Assembly (NCBI GenBank): GCA_937625935.1
Contig: OW569355.1
Span: 372,001 to 436,000, forward strand
DNA from: Tetramitus jugosus
Lineage: Eukaryota > Protista > Heterolobosea
Direction: 5' to 3'
DNA length: 64,000 bases
Position numbers and translations under genes: made by a program. Numbering within the stretch: the stretch's first letter is position 1; each line of letters opens with the position of its first letter. Shown one piece after another: positions 21,865 through 33,104 of this stretch. The notes beneath the pieces were generated by a model. It saw only the letters and a program-made list of their open reading frames with translations. It was not told the DNA's origin and made no database searches.

Positions 21865-23937
21865 ATGAAACAACAAATAGAGGCAACAAAAATGTTAAAC
21901 ACCAACAATACTCACATAGCTCAACAACAACAACAGCAGCAACAAGCCTCCGTGTATGACGATCCATATCTGTTCGCTTGTGGTGGCAACGAAGGATTTG
22001 CACTGTTGACTTACTCACCAAAAAACCACCAATGCCAAAAAATTAGCTCTCATCGACCACATGGAGACAATCGTGTCAATACTCTATCCTGGAATCACAA
22101 TAACAAGGTTTTGCTCAGTGGAGGTGAGGATCAAACAGTTGCAATGACGATTGCTGACGGCTTGAAATCACTGGGGAATTTAAGAGATTTTGTAAGTTGT
22201 TTTTTTCAAATTATTGTTGTGTGTTTGTGTTTTGCATGTCACGCGTGTGAGATTTGGGCTGACACATGCAATATGTGTGAATGATGATTCTAGTCTGCCA
22301 TCAAGAGCATTAGCATCTCTCAGGGATCCAAGTTTTTGGTAACAGGAGGCACAGACAAGGTCGTACGGGTGTGGGACTTGAAAAAATCATGTGTCATTCG
22401 CGAGTTTAAGGACCATAGTGACGTTGTTACGTGTGTTACGTTCAATAGTGATGATCGATTCTTAGCAACGAGTAGTCGCAGTGGATTTGTCATTATTTAC
22501 AACATGGAAACGAATACGTTGAGTGCAAAGATTGATTTGCAGGAAACTCAAGGTATTCAGTCCATTTCCTATTCTACGCTGAGACCTGGTTTATTGGCAT
22601 GTTCTGGCGATGATGGATCTGTTTATGTTTGGGACACTCTGCGCTCAAAGCTAGTCAACACGTTTCGCGAACACAAGGCACCGTGTGTCTCGGTGCAGTG
22701 GACGAGCTTGAATCAATTATTGCTTATATCTGCTGGTTTGGACAAGAGGATTATCATTTATGATATTGATGAGAATAAGCAGGTGAAGGAATTGAAATCG
22801 CCTTTTCCAATATGTTCTTTTGCGATTCATGATGATGGATCAACGATTGCCGCTGGAACGACCGTAGGAACTGTTTTGATATTTTCAATTACTAAGAATC
22901 AAAAACCAATAGAGGTAACAGTGCTACCTTCCTCACCTGTTGCTAGTATTGCTTTCAAAAAGGCAAAAAAGAGCGCAAAGCGAGCTGCTTCAACGGCAAG
23001 CATACCAAAAGAAGTGGTACAGAACATAAATTTGTCACTAGATGTGAACGCTATCAGGAGTAGTTCCAATCCATCACCGAAATCGACTCCATTAGGTCGA
23101 AATCATAGAGCCATTGACAAAACACAGGATATGGAAATATTCTCGCCTCTGGCAACGAGTTCGCCCGTCAATGATAGACCAGTTATTAGAGATTTGTTTG
23201 GAGCGTCATCTAGGTCCACTACCTCTTCACTCACTTCTGGTGTATCCACCATTCCTACTGTGACATCAAGTTCTAACTCTGGTTTTGGATCGATTCAACT
23301 ACCAACTACAACAGTTCGGAGCGATGACGGTATGGATATTGATGAGGAGGACTCAGATAATTTCGCTCGAAGGAACATTAACGATGATTCTGCATTGTTC
23401 GCTGCATCTATGAAGTCTAAGCTTTTAAATTCTGTTCAACAACTTGGGTATGAGCCATCCGCTTCCTCGGCCAGTTCGTCACACTCCTCCACCGCAACGA
23501 CAACATCATCCCATCTGTCTACGGCCACTATTGTAGATAATAGAAACATAGCAGAAGGAAGCAGAACTGCATCGACATTCCACTTTTTGAATGCGCTAGA
23601 AAACGTCACCCAATCACCCAAGAGAGCTACCAACCAAGATTTCTCAACAACAACTCGGACGAATCAAAGTCCAATGCCATCATTTGAAGCACCTCACGCA
23701 TTCCAATCTCAGTTCGTTAAGGGTGCTATTGAAGATGTCATGAGTTCGTATCAGACAACAATCCACGAAAGTATTCGAAACCTTCATCTGGATATGCTTC
23801 GTCAATTCCACATTCACAGCGAAGAAACGAATTCATTGGTGCGCAATCTGACTTCCCAAGTCCAAGAACTTCGTCAGCAGGTAGACAAGCTACAGTATGA
23901 AAACAAGCGGCTCAAATATTTGCATTCTCCCGAATGA
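21865..23937 (+). CDS. NEDD1: NEDD1/GCP-WD gamma-tubulin ring complex targeting factor
   Basis: Intron 22192-22293. N-terminal WD40 propeller (H..P...V.W...N..LL.S.GLDK) and the diagnostic C-terminal IRNLHLDMLRQF plus coiled coil. Confidence 0.9.
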
Positions 23938-23942
23938 AAAAT

Positions 23943-23950
23943 TTTCGCGC
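23943..23950 (+). promoter_or_regulatory. E2F-type site (TTTCGCGC) upstream of the dual-specificity phosphatase
   Basis: Exact TTTSSCGC match with the same extended context (TTTTCGCGCCCA) as the first POLE site. Confidence 0.4.
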
Positions 23951-24109
23951 CCAAATTATTAACGGTAACAAATTTGTCATCGTTACTCCTCCAAGACAGA
24001 AAACAGCCAGATCTGGACAGGTTTTTTCACAAACCAACCAAGCAAAACCCCAATTCCCAAACAACTTTGATCCCTCGTGGCATTGACAACAGAGAGCTCT
24101 CCTGATATT

Positions 24110-25033
24110 ATGTCAACCAGATCCACAAGAACCAGAACCACAAGAACTCCAAACAAAAAGTCCGCTGCTCTTGTTGTCTTCAATGATGCTGACCAACTGA
24201 AAATTTACGATCGAGTGTTTCTGGGTGACAAGGACATTTGCAAGGATGCTGACTTTATGGTGAACAATCAAATCACTCATGTCCTCAATGTCTCAAGTCT
24301 AAAGAATCATTTTGAAAAGGGTGTTGCTTCAATGGGCACGACACGTGCTGAAATGAGCCAGTTGTCACTCTCGGCTGAAAATGATGATAAGAAGGATCTA
24401 GACTTGAGAGACAAGGAAAACAATCAAACTTCTGTGCTAAAGGTTTCCGGAAAGGGTCATGCTAGCACTGCAACTGTTGGTAAGGATCTCGTCTCAAAGG
24501 TTCTTCCTCCTCTTGTCAAGCAAGAATCGATTTCTTTGAGCTATTTGAAGATTAACATTGATGATTCGATGGAAACTGACATCAAGGCCTATTTTGATCG
24601 TGCTACACAGTTTATTCATACTTCTATCCAGTCCACAACCGATGGTTGTTGTTTGGTGCATTGTAAGGAGGGCAAGAGTCGATCTGTGACAATGCTCATT
24701 GCCTATGGTATGAAGCACAAGAACATGTCACTCAAGACAGCTTATGACAACATTATGCAGGTCACTGATGGTAGACCAAGAATGAATGATGGCTTCAAGA
24801 GACAGCTCATGGAATACGAGCTAGAATTGATGCGCGAAGCAGGTGTTATCGATCCCGTAAACACATTGGATTTCTTTCCCCGAAGACGGAAAAGAACAGT
24901 GAGAGCTTACGATGATAATGGATTTGCTGTATTTGTCGATGGAGGTCAAATGCAGAGTCCAACAAAGAAAACAAAAAGAAACGTCAAGGCAACTTCTTCA
25001 GTGCCAGACTTTTCTCTTGCATCTCTCCGATAA
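24110..25033 (+). CDS. Dual-specificity protein phosphatase (atypical DUSP/MKP-like)
   Basis: ITHVLNV, VHCKEGKSRS (HCx5R) and RMNDGFKRQL motifs, with a long insertion inside the domain. First ATG 24110. Confidence 0.9.
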   Translation: MSTRSTRTRTTRTPNKKSAALVVFNDADQLKIYDRVFLGDKDICKDADFMVNNQITHVLNVSSLKNHFEKGVASMGTTRAEMSQLSLSAENDDKKDLDLRDKENNQTSVLKVSGKGHASTATVGKDLVSKVLPPLVKQESISLSYLKINIDDSMETDIKAYFDRATQFIHTSIQSTTDGCCLVHCKEGKSRSVTMLIAYGMKHKNMSLKTAYDNIMQVTDGRPRMNDGFKRQLMEYELELMREAGVIDPVNTLDFFPRRRKRTVRAYDDNGFAVFVDGGQMQSPTKKTKRNVKATSSVPDFSLASLR

Positions 25034-25185
25034 ATGTACTTTATGTTTTCTATTTAGAAGTTCTCTCTTTGCGTTCCTGTGCCATGTGAGCATTGTAATA
25101 CAACCAATCGACTCTTCCAACTAAATAGAGATTTTTTTCTCCTTCACCAACAGAGCAAAAAAACAAGAAAACAGACATCGATCGA

Positions 25186-25614
25186 ATGAACAAGGACCAA
25201 CAACACACAAAAAACAATTCAAACGCAACAGAACAATTGACCAGAGCGTTAGAAGCTCTTCCATCTGCAGATCAGTTCATGACTGCACTCCATCTCGCCA
25301 ACCAAAAGACGACAACTCAAGCTGAAAAATCATCATTTACTGTTCCTTATTTGATCGAATTGCATCGTGTCGTTCATGAACTGTTACCCAAACCGAACAA
25401 GGGCCTATGGGAACCTGATTTGGGTCTCGATCGAGAATTGTTGAGTTATTTTGCACTCTACTATCAAAACAATGAACAACTGCCACCGACAGTAGTAGGG
25501 GATGCACATGCAAAAACACGACGTGACCATCATGACAAGGAAAATGAACATGATAGTGCGGATCAAACGAGTCATACCAAGGGTAAACAACCCATGTTGC
25601 GCTCCAAGCTATGA
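25186..25614 (+). CDS. Hypothetical protein ending in the PTS1 peroxisomal signal -SKL
   Basis: 142-aa ORF with an A-rich leader before the ATG; ends PMLRSKL followed by a stop. Confidence 0.65.
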   Translation: MNKDQQHTKNNSNATEQLTRALEALPSADQFMTALHLANQKTTTQAEKSSFTVPYLIELHRVVHELLPKPNKGLWEPDLGLDRELLSYFALYYQNNEQLPPTVVGDAHAKTRRDHHDKENEHDSADQTSHTKGKQPMLRSKL

Positions 25615-25675
25615 TGATCAGTGTTGTGTTTGTTGTGCATGTGAAGACGAGGAATCAATCTCTTGTGTTGTTCAT

Positions 25676-27825
25676 TTATTGTGAATGAAAGAGATTGTTG
25701 ATGAGACTGCCTGGTGTCAGAGAACTGCGCGAAGAACCAACGGGTAATGATGACATGGATTTTCGATGTGTGGCACCGGCTGACATTGGTCTACGATGAT
25801 GCTGAGGAGTAATGGATGAAGTCGAAGCAGAGATGACTCTGCGTGAGGTGCCCATGGCAGAGGACGGACGCCGATTGGCAACCAATGGTGATGAAAAATC
25901 ACTGCAACTACTGCGTGATCTCGTGGTGCTTCTTTAGGGTTACAATTTTACGAAAACAAGACGAAATGGTGAGTGATTTTGATAACGTGGAGTTTGAACA
26001 GATGAATGGATACATACAAATCGATTGATTGACGACTCATGGCTACTCCTTGTGGTTGATTTCCAGCTAGTTTCTTGAGTGCATTGGACTGTGTCTGAGC
26101 CAGAGACTTCATGTTGTCATAGATTTTTGTTCTCCGTTCGAGCATCTGGTTCTGTGCTCTTAAATCTTCCTCTGTCTTCCAGGCGTCATCAGGTAGTAAA
26201 TTAATGGTTTCGTTTCGAAGTTTTTGTAACTTGTCTTCTAATCGATTCCGTTCTTGTTCGAACGTCTTTTGAAACTTGGATTCCTGACGCTCGACAAGCA
26301 CCATTCTCTTGACCTTCTTATTTAGGTCACCTACTTCCTTCTCCTTCTCTTGATACAACTTTTTGAAATGTGAAGCCATGGGTTGATTATCGGTTGTCTC
26401 TTTAAAGTGTTGTTGTATTCGAGCTTCGTCATCTCTAAGCCGCTTCTCGTCATTTACTCCTGAAATAAATAGTTGCTGCATTCGTTTCTTAATCCTAATG
26501 TTCTCCTTTCTCAAATTGAGAATCTTAGTTTCGGTGGCTCTGAGGGACTGATTAACACTCCTCAACTCGTCATTCAATTTCTGGAGTCGTTTCTGTTTCG
26601 TATGATCATCTCTTTCTAGTTCTAAAACTGCTTTTCGGTCTGAATGTTTCTTGTACATTTCAATTTGCTTCTGAATTTCTTCAATCTCTGTTTCCATCTT
26701 TTCCTTCTCATTGAGAACTTTTTTGTAATAGTTTAACTCTTTGTCATATATCTCCCTCGTCTTGTAATGTTCGGATTTCAATCTGTTTTTATCAAATTGA
26801 TGCTTGTTCTTATCTTTTAACATTCTATCGTCCAATTTCTCAATTTTGGTCATCTCAATCGCCCTGTCTCTCAACTTCTGATCTCTTGAGTCCAGTTTTT
26901 CATGGTACTGAGAAATCTGAGCTTCTAACTCTTTCAATTCTGCTACTAGTTTCACATTCTCCGTCTTCATATCGGCAATCCGTTTATTGCTCTCATCTAT
27001 GATAACTCTTTTGGAGTTAATCGCGTCATTCTTAATTTGAATCGCTCGTATTTCATTCTCTTTGAATTGTTCCTGTTCTGTTTCCAACCTCCCAATCTTA
27101 ATTTGCATCTCTTCGACCTTCTCCTCAACATCTGTGACTCTTTGATTAATTTGTTCTCGTAGTTCAACCTCAAAATCCTCCTTGAATGCTAACAGAGTTC
27201 TCAAGTTCGCTTTTAACTTATCTAACAACACTAAGGGATTCTCAGCTTTAAGGAGCTTTCGTTCAGATTCCTCTTCGAATAGTTTCTTGTCCTCATCATC
27301 TTCGCGAACAACTTCAATCGTCCGATCCTTCATCTCCAGGAATAATTTGATGATTCCTTCTTCAATCTGATGAACTCTCGACAGTTTTTCCTCCATACCA
27401 TGAGAGGCTTCATTTGTACTCGCTAACTCATCCTCCAATCGTTGTACATCTCTCGCATACCGTTTTTTAATTTCAGCCACTTGAAACACATAGGTATCCT
27501 TCTCTGTTTCCAACTCTGATATCTTACTATTGATCTGAGTGATCCTATTCTTCATGTCACTCACTTCTGTTGCTTTCGCATCGAGAGCACTCTTGATATC
27601 ATCCAAAGTCAATTGTGGACCACCTGAATTCGCAGTCATGTCACTCAACGAAGTAACATTGGACCGACTGGTGTTTACACTGTCACTCCTCGGTGATTTA
27701 CTGTCCAACACCAGAGAACTGTTCAGTAAACGTTTCTGTTGAGCAGCGCTAAACTTTTTCACTCTGGGAGAACTAGAGCTCGTCATGTCACTGCTCCTCG
27801 ACTGTGTTCTTTCAAGAATATTCAT
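25676..27825 (-). CDS. Long coiled-coil protein with RPxSA-rich tail, possibly flagellar or basal-body
   Basis: Intron 26017-25932 joins the 626-aa coiled-coil ORF in frame to the 25676-25885 ORF (RRPSSA, RRPMSAG). Confidence 0.75.
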
Positions 27826-27876
27826 CAACCAGAGCCCTATGTGACCTTTTCCTCGTCTTTCTCAACGCTTCAGGAT

Positions 27877-27884
27877 TTTCCCGC
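27877..27884 (+). promoter_or_regulatory. E2F-type site (TTTCCCGC) in the divergent promoter upstream of CENP-X
   Basis: Exact match about 70 nt before the CENP-X ATG. Confidence 0.45.
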
Positions 27885-27951
27885 CAAGAAACTTCTACTA
27901 ATTTCTGGCAGAGAAAAACAAACAATCAAACCAGAAAAATCAACCAACAAC

Positions 27952-28488
27952 ATGAATGACTCATCAATCACGAACAACAGCAACAAGATTCAATTCAACT
28001 TTGATGCCATTGAAGAAACCATTCGCGAAGGCATCTCCCAAATCAACAACAACAACCCATCAAATAATGATCAATCATCACAAGCATCATCACCTGCATT
28101 CACAATGAGTCAAGAAGCTCGTGAGCTCTCATCCGAATACATTCTCATGTTTGTCACTGAAGCCATCAATCGTTCCATCAAGGAAGCCAAAACCAAAAAA
28201 GCTCTATCAGATCATCGATCACTCATGAGACCATCCACTGCTCTCAACAATGATAACATGAGAGCGCTTCCGTCCATTTATGATTTTATGGATGATGATG
28301 GTGGGGATGAAAATCATGAAAGCGAACAATCTCGATTGCAATTGCAGCAAACACCAGCAAGACGAACAACAACAACAAGTGTCATTACACCGTCATTGAA
28401 TGAAAGTACGTTTGTGTCGGATCGATTGAAAGTGAGTCATGAACACTTGGAATCTATTGCTGCTCAATTGTTTTTCGATTTCAAATAA
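27952..28488 (+). CDS. CENPX: CENP-X/MHF2 histone-fold protein with long insertions
   Basis: ARELSSEYILMFVTEAINRS and the terminal EHLESIAAQLFFDF match the CENP-X helix 2 and LE…PQLLLDF end. ATG 27952. Confidence 0.8.
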   Translation: MNDSSITNNSNKIQFNFDAIEETIREGISQINNNNPSNNDQSSQASSPAFTMSQEARELSSEYILMFVTEAINRSIKEAKTKKALSDHRSLMRPSTALNNDNMRALPSIYDFMDDDGGDENHESEQSRLQLQQTPARRTTTTSVITPSLNESTFVSDRLKVSHEHLESIAAQLFFDFK

Positions 28489-28586
28489 GTGAGAGACTTT
28501 TTGTGGTGTACTGTTGTCAACAATTTCGTTGTGGTTGTTGTTTCATTGTTTATGTATGTACAACACACTTGTGCGTGTGTGTTTGT

Positions 28587-31028
28587 TTAGTGAATCACGC
28601 ATGACCACCACCCTTGCGATTCACCCTGAGTTTTATTCTCAGGATGCGGTATTTTCGTTTGAAGTACGAACCTTCGGCCGTGGATTTGCTCTCGGAGCTT
28701 TCGATTAGCATGGATGGACAATGGATTGAACTCCAGGCTAATAAACCGAAGAGCTGGAAGAGCTGTGAAGAGCTCAGTGAATGAATCCTCTGATATCGCT
28801 TGATCCTTTCTCTTTTGTTTGCCAACAATTTTCAAATAAGTCAATTGTCTGCAATGTGTGACAATGAGTTGTAACGTTTCGGTGCAAATGCCAGTTGAGC
28901 TCACATCTAACGTGAGTTTGTTCACGTTGGAGCACTTGCGCAACAAATGATGAATAGATTCTAGATCAGATAATGCACAACAACCAACTGCTTCTAGTGA
29001 CTGTATCCGATCGAGGTTGAGTGTCGAAATGGTATCGATGGAAGCTCCCGTGTGCGATAGATGCAATCGCCTGAGTGGTGCATGTTCTTTGCTGCTCAAC
29101 GCAAGCAAACAATTGTCATCAAACCACTCATAATCGTTCACATTCAGCTTCTCAAGCCGAGTACAATGCGTGAGCAGTGAACTCAAAGTATCAAACATTT
29201 GCTTCATATCATTCGAATTGAATTCGGTCTGAACTCGAACCATACCAGACATGTCCAGAGATGTTAATTTCACAGGATTCAATTTTTCCAGTTGCCGCAA
29301 CACAAAGGAACAGAGAGAAATATCAGCACCGTTCAATTTCACTGATCTCAACCGTTCTAACGTGACATCACTGGGATAGTCATTGTCTGCTTTGAGAGGC
29401 TCATTGCGAATCGCGCCTTCCAAGTTAATCTCCTCTAGATTTCGAGCTACAGACAACAGATAAACCAAAAAGGAATCTGACACGACACAATTGCTCAGAT
29501 CAACTCGCTTCAAATTGACATGTGGTACAATGTCCATCATGAGACGCTTTGCTTGCTTTTGTTGATCAATGGACTCATCAGCACCTTCATCACCAAAAAG
29601 CATAAACTCGCTACCAAAGTTCATTGAATAAGAGTCGGTGCTCGTTTGATGATGCAACGAATAGGAACAAGTTGCCTTCAGCTCTTTCAAACGTGAGTTG
29701 TACTTGATAATGTTGACCAGGGCTCTCGAGTCAATGCTCGTTTCAGACAAGTCTACTCTCTCATACAATCTCGGAATACTTTCCTCTTCCAAGAAATTGA
29801 AAATAGAGCTATCTAGTCGATCATCTAGCACCTTGTTCATTTTCAATGTTTTCAATCCAATACACTGCTTTAAAACATCGGAAAAGTTTGAGCTACTAAG
29901 ATTATTTAGCTGGTGTTTCGTACCTCGAATCTCAACATACTCCAAGCTCTCCAATCGCATAAATACCGAATTCCAATCTGGATCTGACACGAAAAAGGCC
30001 TCGTCTACAAACAGTGCTGCATTGATGGACAATATCTTTAGCTTCGGAAACAGAGAAAAAGATCGATTCGGATCATTCTCGTCAATACGTATCGGTATAG
30101 CAATCGATGAATTATAAATGCGCAGCTCTCTCAGCTGACCACAACCGTATTCCATTGCACTCTTCAACGAATTATTGTACTCTATCGTTCCACAGTAAGA
30201 AAATTCAAGCAGTGTCAAATGGGATGACAAGTGCAAAATGTTTGCATCAGGACTAGCATAAATCACTTGTTTCTCCATGGAATCCCTGAGCACCAACCCT
30301 TTCATCCCGTTCATCAACAGACTCAAATCTACATCTTGACTCACAAAGCAATAACAACCATCGAGAAACACTCGCTTCAGTCGTGCCTTTCTCTTATTGT
30401 TCTTATCATTATCACTTTCTTGTTGTTCCTGTTGTTTGAGTGCAACAAGTGATTGAAACAACCTCACAAAGGAATCATTGTCAATCTGCTTGTACAGACC
30501 CAATGATTTCAACTCGATGCACTCCAACTGATCAATCACGGGCAACAATATCCGATCAACCAACTCTCTCAACAGCACTGCCCGGCTATTAAACGATATA
30601 GAAACATGATTCAAATTGGGCAACTGTTTCACCCAATGTTCCAACACTGGTATGTGACTCGGTTGAATATTGTGCAATGTCAGTGAAGTGATCAATGGCT
30701 TTATACTGAACGAAAACATCATACTCAACGTATCACTGGACCAATTTTGAATTTGTTCTGATGACATGGCATTCACTACCATGACATGACTCGTGTGAAA
30801 TTGTTTTTCATCCATGTGATCCAATCCTATAGTAGGATGATCTTGATGATGATGAATAGAGGCGAGTGCAGAGGAGATGGAGACTTGATTTTGGAGTAAA
30901 TGAGTGGCACATGATTGCATGAATAATCGATCAACGAGCATGCAACTCGACAGAATGTGCTTATTGGTCAAAAAGCTAAAAATATGATTCAGGAGATCAC
31001 TCGGTAGAAATTTGGCATTTTTGTCCAT
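28587..31028 (-). CDS. F-box/leucine-rich-repeat protein with CaaX-like end
   Basis: N-terminal F-box (LPSDLLNHIFSFL…CMLVDRLF), many RNI-like LRRs, and a CVIH C-terminus. Confidence 0.85.
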   Translation of the reverse strand: MDKNAKFLPSDLLNHIFSFLTNKHILSSCMLVDRLFMQSCATHLLQNQVSISSALASIHHHQDHPTIGLDHMDEKQFHTSHVMVVNAMSSEQIQNWSSDTLSMMFSFSIKPLITSLTLHNIQPSHIPVLEHWVKQLPNLNHVSISFNSRAVLLRELVDRILLPVIDQLECIELKSLGLYKQIDNDSFVRLFQSLVALKQQEQQESDNDKNNKRKARLKRVFLDGCYCFVSQDVDLSLLMNGMKGLVLRDSMEKQVIYASPDANILHLSSHLTLLEFSYCGTIEYNNSLKSAMEYGCGQLRELRIYNSSIAIPIRIDENDPNRSFSLFPKLKILSINAALFVDEAFFVSDPDWNSVFMRLESLEYVEIRGTKHQLNNLSSSNFSDVLKQCIGLKTLKMNKVLDDRLDSSIFNFLEEESIPRLYERVDLSETSIDSRALVNIIKYNSRLKELKATCSYSLHHQTSTDSYSMNFGSEFMLFGDEGADESIDQQKQAKRLMMDIVPHVNLKRVDLSNCVVSDSFLVYLLSVARNLEEINLEGAIRNEPLKADNDYPSDVTLERLRSVKLNGADISLCSFVLRQLEKLNPVKLTSLDMSGMVRVQTEFNSNDMKQMFDTLSSLLTHCTRLEKLNVNDYEWFDDNCLLALSSKEHAPLRRLHLSHTGASIDTISTLNLDRIQSLEAVGCCALSDLESIHHLLRKCSNVNKLTLDVSSTGICTETLQLIVTHCRQLTYLKIVGKQKRKDQAISEDSFTELFTALPALRFISLEFNPLSIHANRKLREQIHGRRFVLQTKIPHPENKTQGESQGWWSCVIH

Positions 31029-31430
31029 GATTTTGAATATAATGATGATACAGTTGTTGTGTGTTTTTACTCTCTCTTGTTGTTATTGTTGTTGAGTGGT
31101 CGCTGTTATTGTGATCAAAAACATGTGTGTGATTTATTTTTGTCAACTGTTGTGGAGCGAAGCGTAATCATGGAATTTTCAATGTCACACATGGAAAAAG
31201 CTTGGAAAGTGACTCATGAATTCATAGGGGTGGTGGGGCTCTAAAATTAATGGACATTTACTCTTGGAACACGATGTCCGATATTGGGAGGCCTCCAATC
31301 GGTGGTGGAAAGGTCAATCCTCTTTGTTCCATTGGTCATCTCTCAATTGTATTCGATTCGTATCACAATTTTCCGATGATTTTTTGCCGCCCTGGAAAAA
31401 AGAAAAACAACAAGGAACAACAAATTCGAA

Positions 31431-33104
31431 ATGAGCACAACTACACTCTTGTACAACACCAATGATGCATTTGTGATCGAGCAAGCAACCCAAAACCAAG
31501 ATGCAACCTCTCAACACTTTCTCACCATTCACAAACAAACAAGCGCTGCTTCCTTCAATTCTCCGACTTCTTCCCTCCAAAAATCATCGGGAAAATCCAT
31601 CTACGGTATATTAGGTTCCATCCAACTGACTCGTTATCAATACTTGGCCATCGTAACTGAAGCAGAACTCATTGGGCCACTGTTTGAGAATCACCTCATC
31701 TATCGAGTAGAGTCTGTTGAGTGGCTTCCATTCAAGGGCACAAATGATGCGAATGATGACGAAAGCGATGATGATGTACGATATTTGGAGCTTTTGAAAT
31801 CCATTGTCGAAACCAAGAATTTTTACTTTTCGTACACGTATGACTTGACCAGAAGTGTTCAAAACTGGATCAAAACACCAGTTACTTTTGCCGAGTCGGC
31901 AAATCACTTGGACCAGAGCTTCATGTGGAATCACTTCTTGATTCAACAGTTGAATACTCACTGTTCAAGCGCTGACGATAGTCAACAAGACTTGAATCGC
32001 TTCTTGTTGCCAGTGATTCGTGGTTTTATTGAAATTCAGCATTGTAAGCTTTCTGCTGTTGCTGCTTCTGAGGAGAACAAGACAAGGACCTTTCAGTTGA
32101 GTATTGTGAGTCGATTGGGAGTGAAGCGTGTGGGTACTCGCTACAACATTAGAGGATTGGACAGTGAGGGCAATGTGGCCAACTATGCCGAAACGGAACA
32201 GATTGTGCAGACTGACAATGGAAAAGTCTTGTCGTTTATGCAACTGCGTGGCAGTATTCCACTGTATTGGACTCAAAAGACCAATCTCAAGTATCAACCA
32301 AAGATCAAGATTAGTGACAAGAGAGACTCATCACTGGGATTCAAGCTGCACTTTGAGCAACAATTGGCACGATACAAGGACGTTGTGATTGTGAATCTTG
32401 TGAAATTGAAGGGATCGGAAAAGTTGCTTGCAGATGCATATGAAACAGAGACCAAAAAGTACGGCAACAACAACCTAAAGTACATTTCCTTTGATTTCCA
32501 TAATCGATGCAAGAGCATGAATTTTAGTGCCATTAATGAGCTGGTACAAGAGATTGAACAAGGAATTCATGATCACGGATACTTCCAATACGATATACAG
32601 AGCAAGACTGTGGAGAGAGAACAGACTGGAATCGTTCGTGTCAATTGTATCGATTGTCTCGATCGAACCAATGTTGTCGAGAGTGTGTTTGCTCGACACG
32701 TGCTCACCAAGCAACTCAGGAACCTCGAGTACATTACTCAAGAGGATGAGATTGCAAAGCATGCACACTTGGAGGGCATCTTCAAGAATGCCTGGGCCGA
32801 CAATGGAGACGCTCTGAGCAACATGTATGCCGGCACCGGTGCACTCAAGGCTGACTTTACCAGAACAGGCAAGCGATCATTGTTCGGTCTGTACAATGAC
32901 GGAATGAATTCTGTCACGAGATACTATCTGAACAATTTCTTGGACGGATCTAAGCAAGATGCCATTAATTTATTCCTGGGCAAGTATAATGTGAACCCAC
33001 AGGAGCCATCACCATTCAGAAACTCGAACCCACCCGTCGTTTCCCTTCTGAAGTATGCTCTGTTTGCTTCTCTGTTCATGATTGCCCTCAGCCGTCAAGA
33101 ATAA
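31431..33104 (+). CDS. SAC1: SAC1 phosphoinositide phosphatase
   Basis: FYFSYTYDLT, GTRY..RG.D..GNVAN..ETEQ, RGSIPL.W, catalytic RVNCIDCLDRTN and YAGTGALK.DFTRTGKR. Confidence 0.95.
   Translation: MSTTTLLYNTNDAFVIEQATQNQDATSQHFLTIHKQTSAASFNSPTSSLQKSSGKSIYGILGSIQLTRYQYLAIVTEAELIGPLFENHLIYRVESVEWLPFKGTNDANDDESDDDVRYLELLKSIVETKNFYFSYTYDLTRSVQNWIKTPVTFAESANHLDQSFMWNHFLIQQLNTHCSSADDSQQDLNRFLLPVIRGFIEIQHCKLSAVAASEENKTRTFQLSIVSRLGVKRVGTRYNIRGLDSEGNVANYAETEQIVQTDNGKVLSFMQLRGSIPLYWTQKTNLKYQPKIKISDKRDSSLGFKLHFEQQLARYKDVVIVNLVKLKGSEKLLADAYETETKKYGNNNLKYISFDFHNRCKSMNFSAINELVQEIEQGIHDHGYFQYDIQSKTVEREQTGIVRVNCIDCLDRTNVVESVFARHVLTKQLRNLEYITQEDEIAKHAHLEGIFKNAWADNGDALSNMYAGTGALKADFTRTGKRSLFGLYNDGMNSVTRYYLNNFLDGSKQDAINLFLGKYNVNPQEPSPFRNSNPPVVSLLKYALFASLFMIALSRQE

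Noticed and set aside
25612-25643. Tandem TGA TGA followed by Cys-rich codons, suggesting selenocysteine or readthrough
   Set aside because: The first TGA leaves a perfect PTS1 at the C-terminus, and I see no SECIS-like stem.
31252-31302. Imperfect palindromes (GGACAT/ATGTCC, GGAGGCCTCC) in the F-box/SAC1 divergent spacer
   Set aside because: No match to any RNA family I recognise, and short palindromes are expected by chance.
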